Shown here: positions 1 through 10,700 of the stretch, in pieces
Position numbering within the stretch: position 1 is the first letter of the stretch
How the letters are laid out: each line of letters starts with the position of its first letter
Origin: a virus
Taxonomy: Duplodnaviria > Caudoviricetes
Length of the DNA stretch: 36,558 nucleotides
Reading direction: 5' to 3' (one strand)
Virus record (IMG/VR): IMGVR_UViG_3300043406_000013
Coordinates: 1 to 36,558 of that record
The notes under the pieces: generated by a model
Database searches by the model: none
Told to the model about the DNA's origin: nothing
What the model saw: only the letters and a program-made list of their open reading frames with translations
Translations under genes and position numbers: made by a program

Positions 1-606
1 CTTACGCCATGTGTACTTCGATGCACTCACTTCACGAGCCCGCTGCTCAGCGTTGTTGATCATCTCCAGCAGTTCGTTCGTACTGGTGTTCTGGTCCTGC
101 CGGGTGTTGGCCCATTGCAGGAACCGTGCTCGGTCCACCTTCAGGTAGTGGAGAAGGACGACCGACGCCTGAGCGATGATGAGTTCGATGTATTCATCGG
201 GGATGTAGTTCGTGGTGGTGTCGTATCTCCCGAACGCCACACGGTAGTAGAGGGTGCCCCCGGTCTCCACGATGGCCGGGTGGACGTGGATCTTGCCGGT
301 GCCATTGAGCATGTCGCCAAGGACTTCCCAGGTCCCCTGAAGCGTGCCGCGCTCGTTGCCGTCTGAGTCCACCCAATCGACCCGATTGAGTTGAACGATG
401 GCGCTGCTGATGGAATACACGTAGGTTCCTGATGTCATGGCCTGCGTGTAGGTCTCAGGGTCAAGCGGTCGCGCCACGCGGGGCCAGAGATCGCGGACGG
501 CACGGGTGATGGCGTTGTCCATCTCACCGCTGGTCCAGGTGACATTCGTAGAGTCGCGCAGCGCAGACTGGAGATAGCCACGCAGAACCGCAGTTGTATT
601 CGACAT
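1..606 (-). CDS. Putative head-tail adaptor / virion protein (partial, runs off left end)
   Basis: My translation (absent from the ORF track): ATG at 606 preceded by GGAG, MSNTTAVLRGYLQSALRDSTNVTWTSGEMDNAITRAVRDL..., open to base 1. The helical N-terminus and position after the capsid genes fit adaptor proteins. Confidence 0.55.
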   Translation of the reverse strand, partial: MSNTTAVLRGYLQSALRDSTNVTWTSGEMDNAITRAVRDLWPRVARPLDPETYTQAMTSGTYVYSISSAIVQLNRVDWVDSDGNERGTLQGTWEVLGDMLNGTGKIHVHPAIVETGGTLYYRVAFGRYDTTTNYIPDEYIELIIAQASVVLLHYLKVDRARFLQWANTRQDQNTSTNELLEMINNAEQRAREVSASKYTWRK

Positions 607-626
607 GGGCTACTCCAAAGGAAGTA

Positions 627-650
627 GGGGGAGCCCCGAAGGACTCCCCC
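627..650 (-). terminator. Stem-loop with UUCG tetraloop downstream of the capsid/decoration genes (likely terminator or stabiliser)
   Basis: Minus strand GGGGGAGTCC-TTCG-GGGCTCCCCC (10 bp, one G-U), followed by TACTTCCTTT, just after the stop at 660. Confidence 0.7.
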
Positions 651-659
651 AGCTAGTTC

Positions 660-1142
660 TTAGGCCAGAGCGGTGGGCGCACCACCGTTGTCCTTGCCAC
701 CGAAGACATAGGCCACGACGGTGGGAGCACCGGTGATCCAGGTCGTACCGGTGGTCGTGGTCGTCTTGCGACCGATGCGGATGGCAGTGGGGCCATCCCA
801 CGGCCCCGCCGTGAAGACACCCGCCAGAACGGTCGCAGGCTCGGTGCCTGCGGCGTTCAGAGCCCCGGCAGCCAGGATGGTGCCGGTCGTGTCGTTCGAG
901 GAGTGGAGGAGCACCGTGTCATCGGCTGCCCAGGTCACGCCACCATCGTGGGAGACCTCGAAGATATCGATGCCCGCGGTACCGTTGGTGCCGTCGTTGA
1001 CCTGGATGATGAGCACCTTCGCGCAACCCGTGACATCGTATGCCTGCGTGTTGTCTGTGGTGCCATCAAGGTCGTCAGCGGTAGCCAGGGTCGCTGCGGT
1101 AGACCGCAGGAACCGCAAGCTGCGACGATTGATCGCCGTCAT
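660..1142 (-). CDS. Putative capsid decoration / minor head protein
   Basis: 160 aa, Thr/Gly/Ala-rich and beta-type, directly downstream of the major capsid gene. Function inferred from position. Confidence 0.5.
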   Translation of the reverse strand: MTAINRRSLRFLRSTAATLATADDLDGTTDNTQAYDVTGCAKVLIIQVNDGTNGTAGIDIFEVSHDGGVTWAADDTVLLHSSNDTTGTILAAGALNAAGTEPATVLAGVFTAGPWDGPTAIRIGRKTTTTTGTTWITGAPTVVAYVFGGKDNGGAPTALA

Positions 1143-1155
1143 GTTCTTTCCGTCT

Positions 1156-1177
1156 GGGGGACCTGTCCCGGTCCCCC
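1156..1177. other. Intergenic hairpin after capsid gene
   Basis: GGGGGACC-tgtccc-GGTCCCCC, perfect 8-bp inverted repeat. Confidence 0.6.
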
Positions 1178-1195
1178 GGCTACATCACTCTCGAT

Positions 1196-2134
1196 TTACA
1201 GAGAGGTAGCCGCGAACTCCGCGCGGTAGTAGTAGGAGTTATTCAGCGTTGCGACGCCGAAGTTGATCTTCCAGCCGACGTACTCCTGCTGGGCGATGGG
1301 GTCCGAGTGGTCCCCGCCCGGAGCGACGTGGTAGGACGAGAGGGTCTGCAACTCGCCAGCGCCCCAGCCCTTGATGCCACCCAGCGCGAGGGCTGCGTAG
1401 ACGGTCGTGGTGCTGGAGAACGATGGGGCGTTGTTGACTTCCACGAGACGGAAGCCGTGGAGCTTGCCCATCTCGCCGTCCAGAACCATGTCTGGCTTGG
1501 CGTACTTGGCGATGTCCAGCCAGGAGGTCGCGGTGGTCGTGTCCTTCTGGAGGTCGTAGATGATGTTCGGGGAAGCAAGGAAGACGTAGGACCCATCCGA
1601 ATAGAACGGAACCTTGTTCTTCCGCATCTTGGCGCGGAGCTTCAGGAGGTCAGCACCGACCGCGATCTCGGTGGACGCGATGTCCGACCGAACCGCGTTG
1701 GTGGACGCGCCCAGCGCGTAGTACGGCGTGCCGCCCAGGAAGACAGCATCCCGCGTGATGCGGTCGATGACTTCCTTCGCGGTACGGGTCACACGCTCCG
1801 TGGCGATCGCCACGACATCGTTGGGAGCCTTGACCTTCGCAACGTCCGTCAGGCCGACGATATCGCCGTACTGGCTGGTGGCAACGGTGACCGGAGTCAT
1901 CGTGAGCGCACGGGCAGTCGGAGGCGTACCTTCGGTGAGGGGCGTCAGGGGGGTGGTGATGGAGAGGTCTGGATACGCCAGGAACATGATGGTGTCGCTG
2001 GCGGCGTCGAAGCGGCCTTGCTCAGCCCAAGCGGGGTTCGCCCACTGGAGTTCAGCACGCAAGTTTTTAAGGACGTTGCTCTGAACGCTGACGCGAATGG
2101 CCGCTGACCATGCCGAAGAGGCAGTGGATGCCAT
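1196..2134 (-). CDS. Major capsid protein, N4-gp56-like family
   Basis: 312 aa with PLTEG, QYGDIVGLTD, GEMGKLHGFRLVE and GGDHSDPIAQQEYVGWK, motifs typical of N4-gp56-family capsids. Confidence 0.88.
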   Translation of the reverse strand: MASTASSAWSAAIRVSVQSNVLKNLRAELQWANPAWAEQGRFDAASDTIMFLAYPDLSITTPLTPLTEGTPPTARALTMTPVTVATSQYGDIVGLTDVAKVKAPNDVVAIATERVTRTAKEVIDRITRDAVFLGGTPYYALGASTNAVRSDIASTEIAVGADLLKLRAKMRKNKVPFYSDGSYVFLASPNIIYDLQKDTTTATSWLDIAKYAKPDMVLDGEMGKLHGFRLVEVNNAPSFSSTTTVYAALALGGIKGWGAGELQTLSSYHVAPGGDHSDPIAQQEYVGWKINFGVATLNNSYYYRAEFAATSL

Positions 2135-2147
2135 GTGGTTGTCCGGT

Positions 2148-2166
2148 CGGGGGTTCTCTACCCCCG
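2148..2166. other. Intergenic hairpin upstream of capsid gene
   Basis: CGGGGGT-tctct-ACCCCCG, perfect 7-bp stem. Confidence 0.55.
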
Positions 2167-2178
2167 GCTATCGGACGG

Positions 2179-2763
2179 CTACTGGTTCCAGGTAGGCCAA
2201 TCCTTGACCGAGTTGATGATGCGGGCGGCGTATTCTTCGCTCATCTGCACACCGTCGTAGTCAGGGATGCGGCCTCCGGAGTTCGGAGCCGGTCTGTTGG
2301 GGTCACTATCCGGCACATCAAGCTCCTCGATGGGAACCTGCGGTGCCGCTGGGGTCTGAGGAACTGCCGCACGAGCCGCGGTGTCAAGCACCTGCTCGAT
2401 GAAAGCGATCTGTTCCTCTGCGGTGTCCATGCCGATCATCTGCTGGTAGAGGGGCGCTGCCTTCGGAAACTTCTGTGAAGCTCTCAGGATGGCGTTCTCA
2501 CGGGCCAGGGATGCCAGTTGGGCCGCGACTTCGGGGTCCTGCTGCGGTTCCTCCTCACCAGTGAGTTGGGTCCGTAGCTTCTGGAACTCCCGCTGCTGGT
2601 CAGCGAACTTCTTATCGTAGGAGGATTGGAGTCCTGCTACGCGCTTGTCGCTGAGTTCCTGCACGCGCTGGGCGATCAGGCTTTCGATCTCCGGTGTGAT
2701 GGTCGGTGCGGGCGGTGTCGCTGGCGCAGCAGCCTCTTCCGGGGCGGCGAATGGATCTGCCAA
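2179..2763 (-). CDS. Putative capsid scaffolding protein
   Basis: 194 aa, acidic, coiled-coil-like, Pro-rich termini, immediately upstream of the capsid gene. Confidence 0.7.
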   Translation of the reverse strand: MADPFAAPEEAAAPATPPAPTITPEIESLIAQRVQELSDKRVAGLQSSYDKKFADQQREFQKLRTQLTGEEEPQQDPEVAAQLASLARENAILRASQKFPKAAPLYQQMIGMDTAEEQIAFIEQVLDTAARAAVPQTPAAPQVPIEELDVPDSDPNRPAPNSGGRIPDYDGVQMSEEYAARIINSVKDWPTWNQ

Positions 2764-2782
2764 GTTGCGTTGTTTCTTTCTG

Positions 2783-5700
2783 CTAGGTCACCGGAACTTC
2801 TAGCTTCCGGGGCTTGTCTTTGCTCTCGCGCACCAGTTGGGTCGCAAGGTCGTAAGTGAACACTGGTCCGATGTGGGCCAGCTTCAGGGCTGCGAGGAAC
2901 GGGTCCTCAGCGAAGTCCTTGTCTTTGCCGATGACGCCCACCGACGAAAGCACCATCTTGGTGGATCTCGACAGGCTCATGCCATCATCGAATGGCGTCA
3001 CGGGCAGCAGCATGGCCGCCGTGAACCAGAGGGCCGGATTGTCCACGAACATCCGCTGGTATTGCTCATCGTGGGCAAGGCGCTCGACGTGCTGCTCGTA
3101 CAGATGGTTCAGGTACCACGCCCCGCCAAGGTTCGTCTTCTTGCCGAACGACTGCTTGGTCAGCACATCGAACAGCCACTTGGTGGCCTTGATCTGGTAG
3201 CTCACCGGCCAGAACAGGAAGTAACTGTTCATGATGCGTTCGAGGTTCGAGCGGTTCGTATTGCCCGCGAACGTCGCTTTCGCATCACGCCATGTGACAC
3301 CGGCCCGGTCGTAGAGCCGCGCCAACAGCGGTTCCATCGCTACCCGGTCCTTCTCATCGAGGATGTTCTGGACCTCATCGACGTAGGTTTTCTCGACCCC
3401 CTTGTTGTCGAACCCCCACATCATCTCTTCGAGACCGTTGACCCACTCATCCTCGGTACCGCCGAACTTGTCCCGCAGCACTCCGATGGCCGGGTCCTCC
3501 TGAGCCATCGTGCGCAGGGCCTCCCGTGCATCGACACGCCTACCCGTCGCGGCAGCACGTCCGATGTAGCCCTCCAGGTGTCGAGCGTCCATGTAGCCCG
3601 ATGCCATCGGATCGATGGCCCGCTCGCCCAGACGGTCCTCCAGCTTGGCGCCTTCCTTGACGCGGCCCGTCATGTGATACGTGGCGTTGTCGATGACACC
3701 GCTGCGGGCGCCACCGAACCGAGTCGCCTCCACTCCGTATTTCACCGCACCAAGGATGTCCGACTCCGCATGGTTCATGACGTGGAAACGCGGGTCCATC
3801 GCAAATCTGAAGAAGTGGTAATACGTCCGGATGTAGTGCCGCGGTAGTGCGGTCTTCGAGCGGACGCCACCGTAGGTCTCACTGATGAGCTTGCCCATCT
3901 GACCCTTGCCAGCGGTGCGCTTCTCCAGGTCGCGGAAGAACCGGGAGCCCGTCTGATCCAGCAGCTTGTGGATGTTGCGGGCGCCACCCAGGGCTGCCAG
4001 CGCATCCTTGCTGAAACCGGGGAAGATGTTGCCGCCACCGTGGATGCGGGCGTAGGTGCCGTCAGCGACCTCGGCCATCGTCTTGATGTTCACCGTGTCG
4101 CCACGGGTGTACATCCGGGCACCCAACGGACCACGGTGCGTCTGAGCGATGCCGTCAAGGGTCTGGAGGAACGAGTCGATATCCTTGACTCTGATCGTCT
4201 TGTCCGCTGCAAGGTGTGCCGTCTTGCCCAGCATCACGCCATAGAGCGCCTGCTTGGCATCCCGCGCCAGCGCCGTGGTCTTCACGGGTCCGGTGATGGC
4301 GTGCCACAGGGATGCGCCGGGTTTCCAGACCTTCTGATACAACAGGTCGGAGGAACCCTGTGCCGCCAGTGTCAGGTCTTTGATGACGTTGCCCTGACCG
4401 GCGTAGTACGTGCCAGCGTCCTTCGGAGCGAGCTTCAGGCGGTACGTGGGGTCGTACTGCCGCATCTCGATTTCCATGTCCTTGATCTTCGCCAGTTGCT
4501 CGGGGTCGATGCCGCCCAGCGTGGAGGCATCCCCGGCCATGTCCGCCGTCAGGCGTGGCGTCATGTTCTCGTATGCGGCGTCACGCTCTGCGAGGTAGAC
4601 AACCTGACCCTGCGACCCGGAGGCGTCATGGGCCGCAGTGAAGGGGTCGGGGCCACTGGCCGCAGCGTTCTCGGTCATCCGGTCTACGAACCCACGGGTC
4701 CCCACGACCCGGTACCCACCGTGATGCGCCACACTTGCGATACGGGCATCCGCTTCCGCCTTGGTGGCGTAGGAGCCCATGCTGTACCACAGGCCATCAG
4801 GACGCTTCACCTGCGCCTGATGGGTGTAGGTCACTCCTTGGTCGGCACCCAGATCATGCTCTCCGGTGCGGGAGAACTCGGGTCCCCTGGTGACGCCTGG
4901 TCTACTTTCGCCCAGAACTCCTCTTTGCTCAGTCGCGGCCTTGCTGCCAGCGGTCTGGTATTCGAGGGCACGGATGGATCGCTGGGAGAACTTGCGTTCG
5001 GAGTTGACGAGACGGAGGTCTCCGGTTGCGGCTGCGAAGATGTCTCGGGCGCTGACGGTGCCTGCTGCTGCTCGTCCACGGGTACCCTTTCTAAGGTCAT
5101 TGCTCACCACCTGCACCCATGCAGGGGCCGTGCTGACGTTCAGCCTATCACCGCCGACAACCGACTCGATGGCATCGGTGAGATCCTGGATGGCGGCCTC
5201 CTGGCCGTCCTTGACAAAGACGTGCAGCACACCCGCGGTGTCATTCAGTTCGTACTGCCCATCGAACGCCTCGGTGACGCGGGACAGCACGGCGTCGGTC
5301 TCCCCTTCCGCCATTCTCCCGATGTCGATACGGACGTGTGCAGCGTTCCGCGTCAGACCATGTTGGGCCAGCGCCTCGGGTCCCGACACGAGGATGGTGG
5401 ACGCCTTCGCTCCGGTCCTCCGTAGAGAGATCGCCGCTGCCAATTGGAGGCTTCCGGGGTCGGTCCCTACATCCATGTGCAATGCGACCGCGGTGGCCCT
5501 TTTGCCCTTGCTGGACATCACGCCCTGCGTGGCTGCCCCGACGTTGAAACCGGAGTCATTGATAACCGCCGCCAGATCGTCCTCGATTGCCCTGGTGGCC
5601 CCGTTTCCGCGGCTTGCGAGCACGTCCGAGTACTTCTGCCCGTCCAGCCCCATCTGACCGCGTAGAGCGTCCTTCAGGGTGGGTGTGAGCACTGCTGCGT

Positions 5701-7771
5701 TACCGATGTCCGGGGCGCGTGACGGGTCTACCTGACCCTTCTCATTCAGCACGGTGCCACGGTTCGTCTTCAGGCCCTCAGCGCGCTTCTGGGCTTGCTC
5801 CACGCCCCACAGGTACTCCCGCATGGTCATGGTCTGCGGGTCCTTCAGCAGGGCATCGATACGCTGCACGGCTGCGCCGACGTTGACTTCGTGGGAGTCG
5901 GGCGCCTTCAGCCGAGAGAAGAAGCTGGAGGGATCGTTGCCTCGCGTGGTGAGTGCTGGGAACAGGTCAAGGAAGTCATCCATCCGGTGCTTCGGGATGG
6001 TGCCGTCCGCATTGGCGATGTTGTGCAGGATGGCCTTGGCTGCTAGCAGGTGTTCTTTCGGCAGCAGGCTGTCCATCACGCCGATGACGACGTTCCCGCC
6101 CTTCTGGAACCCGGCCTTCAAGGCCAGTGCTTCCATCCGGTCGGTCCATTCCTTCCACTGCCGCATGAACTCCCGCGGCTCGAACGAACGGTAAACCTCG
6201 CCAGCCTTCGGGGCAGTCCTACCGGTCTCCTTGTCGGTGTGCGTGGATCGGGGACCCTCGAACGATGACCGCATCTTCTCGACCAACGTCCGACCATCGA
6301 TGCGCCCCTGCTCGATGTGGGAACGGGACACGGCGTCCAGCACGCGATTGTTGACCTCTGCCATCCCGGCAAAGCCAGCGGTGGTCACCGGCTGCCCCAG
6401 CAGCCCCGGCATGACCTCGGTATCGGCCACGATGGCTCGCGTGTAGTGCTGGAGCAAGGCGTCGAACCGCTCCGGGCCACCGGCCTCATCCTGGAGGAAC
6501 CTACGACCCTCCGCGATGCTCATGCCCTTCGGGGCAAGCTCGGTGATGACCCGCTTCTCGATGTCCGTCAGGTGCTTGAACAGTGGGGTGCGGATCGTGA
6601 GCTTCCCCACACCAACGCCCAGCCCGTACTTCTTGGTATCCGCCCACGCTGCCGACAGACCGTCATGGACCGGGAAGTTGACCGCCGCCCAGAGATTGAA
6701 CAACATACCATTGGACAACGGCTTGTCTTCCGCCATCGCGTTCGCAGCTTCGTACAACTGCTCGAAGATGGGCGACAGGGGCGTGTTGTCCAGGTACCCG
6801 GTATTGCTGAGTTCCTGAACGCCAAGCTGGGCCGCTGTGGTCCCGATGGCGACCTTGCGATATGCCCGCAGGAAGTCGCTGGACCCCCGTGAGAACAGGG
6901 CCAGATGGCGGGCCAGTGTTCCTAGCTGCACACCCTCGATGGAGCCTGCTCGCAAGGCGGCCATGCCTTGCAGGGTGGACTTGAACGGGACCCTGCTGAT
7001 GTCAACCGCACGACCGATGGCTTCCATGCCAGTCGCCAGACGGTCCAGCCGGGTCATGTGGACGAGGGCATCCGGCAGCAGCTTCGATACACCGCCTGCC
7101 AGTCTCGCCGCGCCACCGAACGCGAGGTACGTCGTGGGGTCCGTGACGATCTGTCCCGCCACGTCCACGATGGGGTTATCGCTCAGGGACTTGTCGGCCC
7201 AATCGAACGCGGAACGCTGGCCGGACAGGACCGACCGCACGTCCTCATCGGAGAACCCGCGACGCTTCGCGGTCTCCCGCAGTTGCGCCACGGTCAGGTC
7301 ACCGAACAGGCCACCGGCACCGGACAGCCATGCCGTCAGGCCGTCCACCTTGTCGGTGGGCGCCATGTGGTTCGTGGCCGTCAGGGCATTCATCATGCCT
7401 GCGTTGATGGGTGCCTTGGTGATGCGCTGGAGTCCGGACAGGGTATTGCCGACACCTTGCGCCACACCGCTCAGAAGGTCCCCCACGCCGGGGATGCCCC
7501 GGATGAAGTCACCAGTCTGGTCGATGGGTCCCTTGCCGCTCACGTTGCCGATCTGGTTGATGGCTGCGAGCGGACGGTCGTAGATGTAGCCTGGAGCCTT
7601 CGCGGCAAGCTCCACGCCCTTCATAATGGCTGGCGTGAAGTCGATGCGACCGAACGGTGACGGAGTACCAACGGGTTCGGTGAACGACTGCAACGGGGCA
7701 GGACGGGGCACCAGCCTGCGCGGCTGCGTGTTCCCGCTGCTCGGAGCGTCGATGACGAACTCGTATCCCAC
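2783..7771 (-). CDS. Giant putative internal virion / DNA ejection protein
   Basis: 1662 aa, Ala/Gly-rich and helical. The segment DVAGQIVTDPTTYLAFGG resembles the DPxxxxxxG motif common in podovirus ejection proteins. Confidence 0.6.
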   Translation of the reverse strand: MGYEFVIDAPSSGNTQPRRLVPRPAPLQSFTEPVGTPSPFGRIDFTPAIMKGVELAAKAPGYIYDRPLAAINQIGNVSGKGPIDQTGDFIRGIPGVGDLLSGVAQGVGNTLSGLQRITKAPINAGMMNALTATNHMAPTDKVDGLTAWLSGAGGLFGDLTVAQLRETAKRRGFSDEDVRSVLSGQRSAFDWADKSLSDNPIVDVAGQIVTDPTTYLAFGGAARLAGGVSKLLPDALVHMTRLDRLATGMEAIGRAVDISRVPFKSTLQGMAALRAGSIEGVQLGTLARHLALFSRGSSDFLRAYRKVAIGTTAAQLGVQELSNTGYLDNTPLSPIFEQLYEAANAMAEDKPLSNGMLFNLWAAVNFPVHDGLSAAWADTKKYGLGVGVGKLTIRTPLFKHLTDIEKRVITELAPKGMSIAEGRRFLQDEAGGPERFDALLQHYTRAIVADTEVMPGLLGQPVTTAGFAGMAEVNNRVLDAVSRSHIEQGRIDGRTLVEKMRSSFEGPRSTHTDKETGRTAPKAGEVYRSFEPREFMRQWKEWTDRMEALALKAGFQKGGNVVIGVMDSLLPKEHLLAAKAILHNIANADGTIPKHRMDDFLDLFPALTTRGNDPSSFFSRLKAPDSHEVNVGAAVQRIDALLKDPQTMTMREYLWGVEQAQKRAEGLKTNRGTVLNEKGQVDPSRAPDIGNAAVLTPTLKDALRGQMGLDGQKYSDVLASRGNGATRAIEDDLAAVINDSGFNVGAATQGVMSSKGKRATAVALHMDVGTDPGSLQLAAAISLRRTGAKASTILVSGPEALAQHGLTRNAAHVRIDIGRMAEGETDAVLSRVTEAFDGQYELNDTAGVLHVFVKDGQEAAIQDLTDAIESVVGGDRLNVSTAPAWVQVVSNDLRKGTRGRAAAGTVSARDIFAAATGDLRLVNSERKFSQRSIRALEYQTAGSKAATEQRGVLGESRPGVTRGPEFSRTGEHDLGADQGVTYTHQAQVKRPDGLWYSMGSYATKAEADARIASVAHHGGYRVVGTRGFVDRMTENAAASGPDPFTAAHDASGSQGQVVYLAERDAAYENMTPRLTADMAGDASTLGGIDPEQLAKIKDMEIEMRQYDPTYRLKLAPKDAGTYYAGQGNVIKDLTLAAQGSSDLLYQKVWKPGASLWHAITGPVKTTALARDAKQALYGVMLGKTAHLAADKTIRVKDIDSFLQTLDGIAQTHRGPLGARMYTRGDTVNIKTMAEVADGTYARIHGGGNIFPGFSKDALAALGGARNIHKLLDQTGSRFFRDLEKRTAGKGQMGKLISETYGGVRSKTALPRHYIRTYYHFFRFAMDPRFHVMNHAESDILGAVKYGVEATRFGGARSGVIDNATYHMTGRVKEGAKLEDRLGERAIDPMASGYMDARHLEGYIGRAAATGRRVDAREALRTMAQEDPAIGVLRDKFGGTEDEWVNGLEEMMWGFDNKGVEKTYVDEVQNILDEKDRVAMEPLLARLYDRAGVTWRDAKATFAGNTNRSNLERIMNSYFLFWPVSYQIKATKWLFDVLTKQSFGKKTNLGGAWYLNHLYEQHVERLAHDEQYQRMFVDNPALWFTAAMLLPVTPFDDGMSLSRSTKMVLSSVGVIGKDKDFAEDPFLAALKLAHIGPVFTYDLATQLVRESKDKPRKLEVPVT

Positions 7772-10700
7772 TATCCGCCAGCCTTTGTAAAGGCGCCGAG
7801 ATTGCTGCCGCCACCGGTCTGACCCTTGCCGACGTTGCCGAGATTGCTCGGTGGGGGTGGCTTGTACTGGACGTTCTTGTGATGCTCAGGCTTGTGGGTA
7901 TCCGGCACGTTGATGGTGGTGCCACCGACCATGACGACCTTCGGCTGGACCTTCGGCAACGGCGACGTACCCTTGCCAGTGCCCTTACCGGTCTGCTTCG
8001 GGGCCGGGGGCGTGTAGCCTGCTGGCTTGGCACTCTGGGCCTGATTGGAAGCGAAGAAACCGGGCAATGACTGGATGTGTCCCGGCTTGATATTCAGACC
8101 GAGGTCTGCGCCCGTACCGATGAGGCTGGTGAGGTCGGGTGGCCTCCACGAGCTTGGGATCTCGCCGTAGCTCGTCTGCGGGCCAGCGGACTCCGGTGGG
8201 TTCTGGGGCTGCGGGTACTGATGGATGGGGTCATTGCCGAACCCGTTCAGGCCGGATGGGACATCGAACGTCTTGCCGATGGGATCACCGGTGATCGGGT
8301 CACGTCCTTGACGGCGCAACCATTCCTGCTCGTAGCCCGACTGCTGCGACTGGATGTCGTTGATGCGGTGGACGCCCTGGAAGATCTGCGTGACGGCCTT
8401 CTCGATGCGCTCCGCGCGGTCGTCCGGGGAGTCAACCTTGTTCATCCCGGTCCATGCGTTGGCGAGCGGGTCATAGGGTGTGTAGAACTTCGGAAGGGTG
8501 TTCGCATCGGGCGTCACGCCACCGAACTGGTCGCGCCCCTGGATGTCCTGCGGGATGGGCACGAGCCCTTGGTCGGTCGCATCCTGGATAGCCTTGCGGT
8601 CACCCTGGTACGGCAGCGGATACATGCCAGCGGACGAGAATGGGCGCCACTCGAACTCCGGGGTCAGGTCACCGTTCATGCCGATGTACCTACCACCGAC
8701 AGCGCCGAATGACGTGACGGGGATGGAGCCCTGGAACCACAGTCGGGTGCCGGGGTCCTGAATGAACGTATCGCCTGGGACGAGTTTCCCGTCCACCATG
8801 CGACCCGGCATCTGCACCATCGTCATGGTGTACGGCTGCTCCACGAGGTCGCCGCCGATCATCTGTGCCAACTGGCCTGACTGCGCCAGAGCGGTGATCT
8901 GTTGTTCGGTGAGTGGCACACCCTTGGTCAGCGTGGTGCCGTCAGCGAGCTTCAGGTTCTTGGCGGGCAGCAGCATGGCACCGACCGGGCCGGTCTGCCC
9001 CGGACGGACCCAGCGCATCTCCACGCCGGTAGGACCCTGCACGGGCACCTGGACACCCTTGATGTTCTGGCCGTTCTCATCCTGCCCGAAGTAGGGTGTG
9101 GTGATCTCGGCGCCAGTGATGGGGTCGAAGCTCGGCAGGAGCGGCACGACACCCAGCTTGCCCGTACCGCCGTCGATGGCAGCGATGGCCTCACCGCGGT
9201 CGATACGGCCCTGGGCATCGGACTGGTCCAGCATCTTCTGGACCATGTTCCCGAGGTCGTTCCCGTAGCCCGTGACGTTGCCATCCTTGTCGTGCTGGTC
9301 GGGATCGGCGCCAACGGCCTTCATCGCATCGAGGATGTCAGGCATCCGCTCGTTGATGGGCACGTCGGACGGCTCGGTCACCATGTCCAGCAGCTTGATG
9401 ATGTCGCCCAGCCCCGGAAGCTGCGCGGTGACCTTCGGGTCCGTGGACAGGTCGTCTAGCGGAGTGGCGGTCTTCGCACCTGCCGTCAGGGACGTTTCAA
9501 GGACGTGCAGTCGCGCCTTGATGGCCTGCATGGACTTCTGCGCACGGGCCGGGTCGGGGTCCTCCAGCGCGTGATCGAACTCCATCTTGGCATCACGAAT
9601 GGCGGTGTTCGTGATGACCGCAGCATCGATGCTGTTGCGCTGCGCAACGTTCGCAAGGAACTCGGTCCGACCATCGAACCGGTCATTCAGCACGGTCTCC
9701 AGACCCGCTGCGTCCGCGTACATGATGTCGCGGTCATAGATCTTCAGGGTCTCCCGGTCAAGTTGGTGCATCAGGTGTTCATTCAGGACGTACTCCTGAC
9801 CACCGATGTTCAGGCGATCCTTGCCAGCATTGAACGCACTCGATAACTGGTTGATGATGTCCAGTCGCTTACCGCTGGCATTCAGCGCGGACTTGACCTC
9901 TTCGACGGTATCGGGCGTATCCCCGCCCAGCGTGGTGTCGTAGCCGGTGGGCGCACGATGCACCTTCGGTTTCCCGTTGCGGTGTGTGGTCTCATTCCCG
10001 ACAGGCTCGACCGTGGACGGTCCACGGGAGTTCAGGCCGGAATACCGCTTGGGAGTGTCAGCACGCACGGGCTGGTCATCGACGTTGACGTACCGGATGC
10101 CAGTCCCGCGACCCATGACCGGGCCATCCGCGGTGACACGTTGCTTGATGGTCCCCGGGGGCGCCATGAGCACCTGACCGTGGAACGAATAGGTGCCGGT
10201 GCTGTCGGTGTAGCTCGGACCCCAGCCGTAGTTCTTGATGACACTGGCGTCCATCCACTGGCCCTTGTAGTCGGGATGGGTGGTCTTCGACACAGCCGGG
10301 TCCATGACCCAGAACGCATCCTTCTTGGCGTCGTAGGCGGCGATGAAGATACCGTGTCCACGGGTCAGGGTCGGGTTGGCGCGCAGGTTGGCGGGCATGT
10401 TGGCGTACACGCCCATCAGGACGGCAGGCTGTCCGTGGTCACCGACGCGAGCCTTGAACTTGTCAAAGCTGATGTTGTCATGGTTCTTGTTCTTCAGGCC
10501 GGTGATGCCAAGCTGGGCAAGTGCCGACTGTGCCTGATCGAGGTTGGTGCCCATCTCCCGGTCACCGGTCAGGTAGCGGAGGTCTGCCCCGGTGATGGCC
10601 TTGCCATCCTTGTCACGGTAGCCCATCGCCCATGCCAGCATGGCGGACGATGCCATCACGCAGTTGACCTGTGCGAACTCCGAGCCGTCAAGCTGACTGA

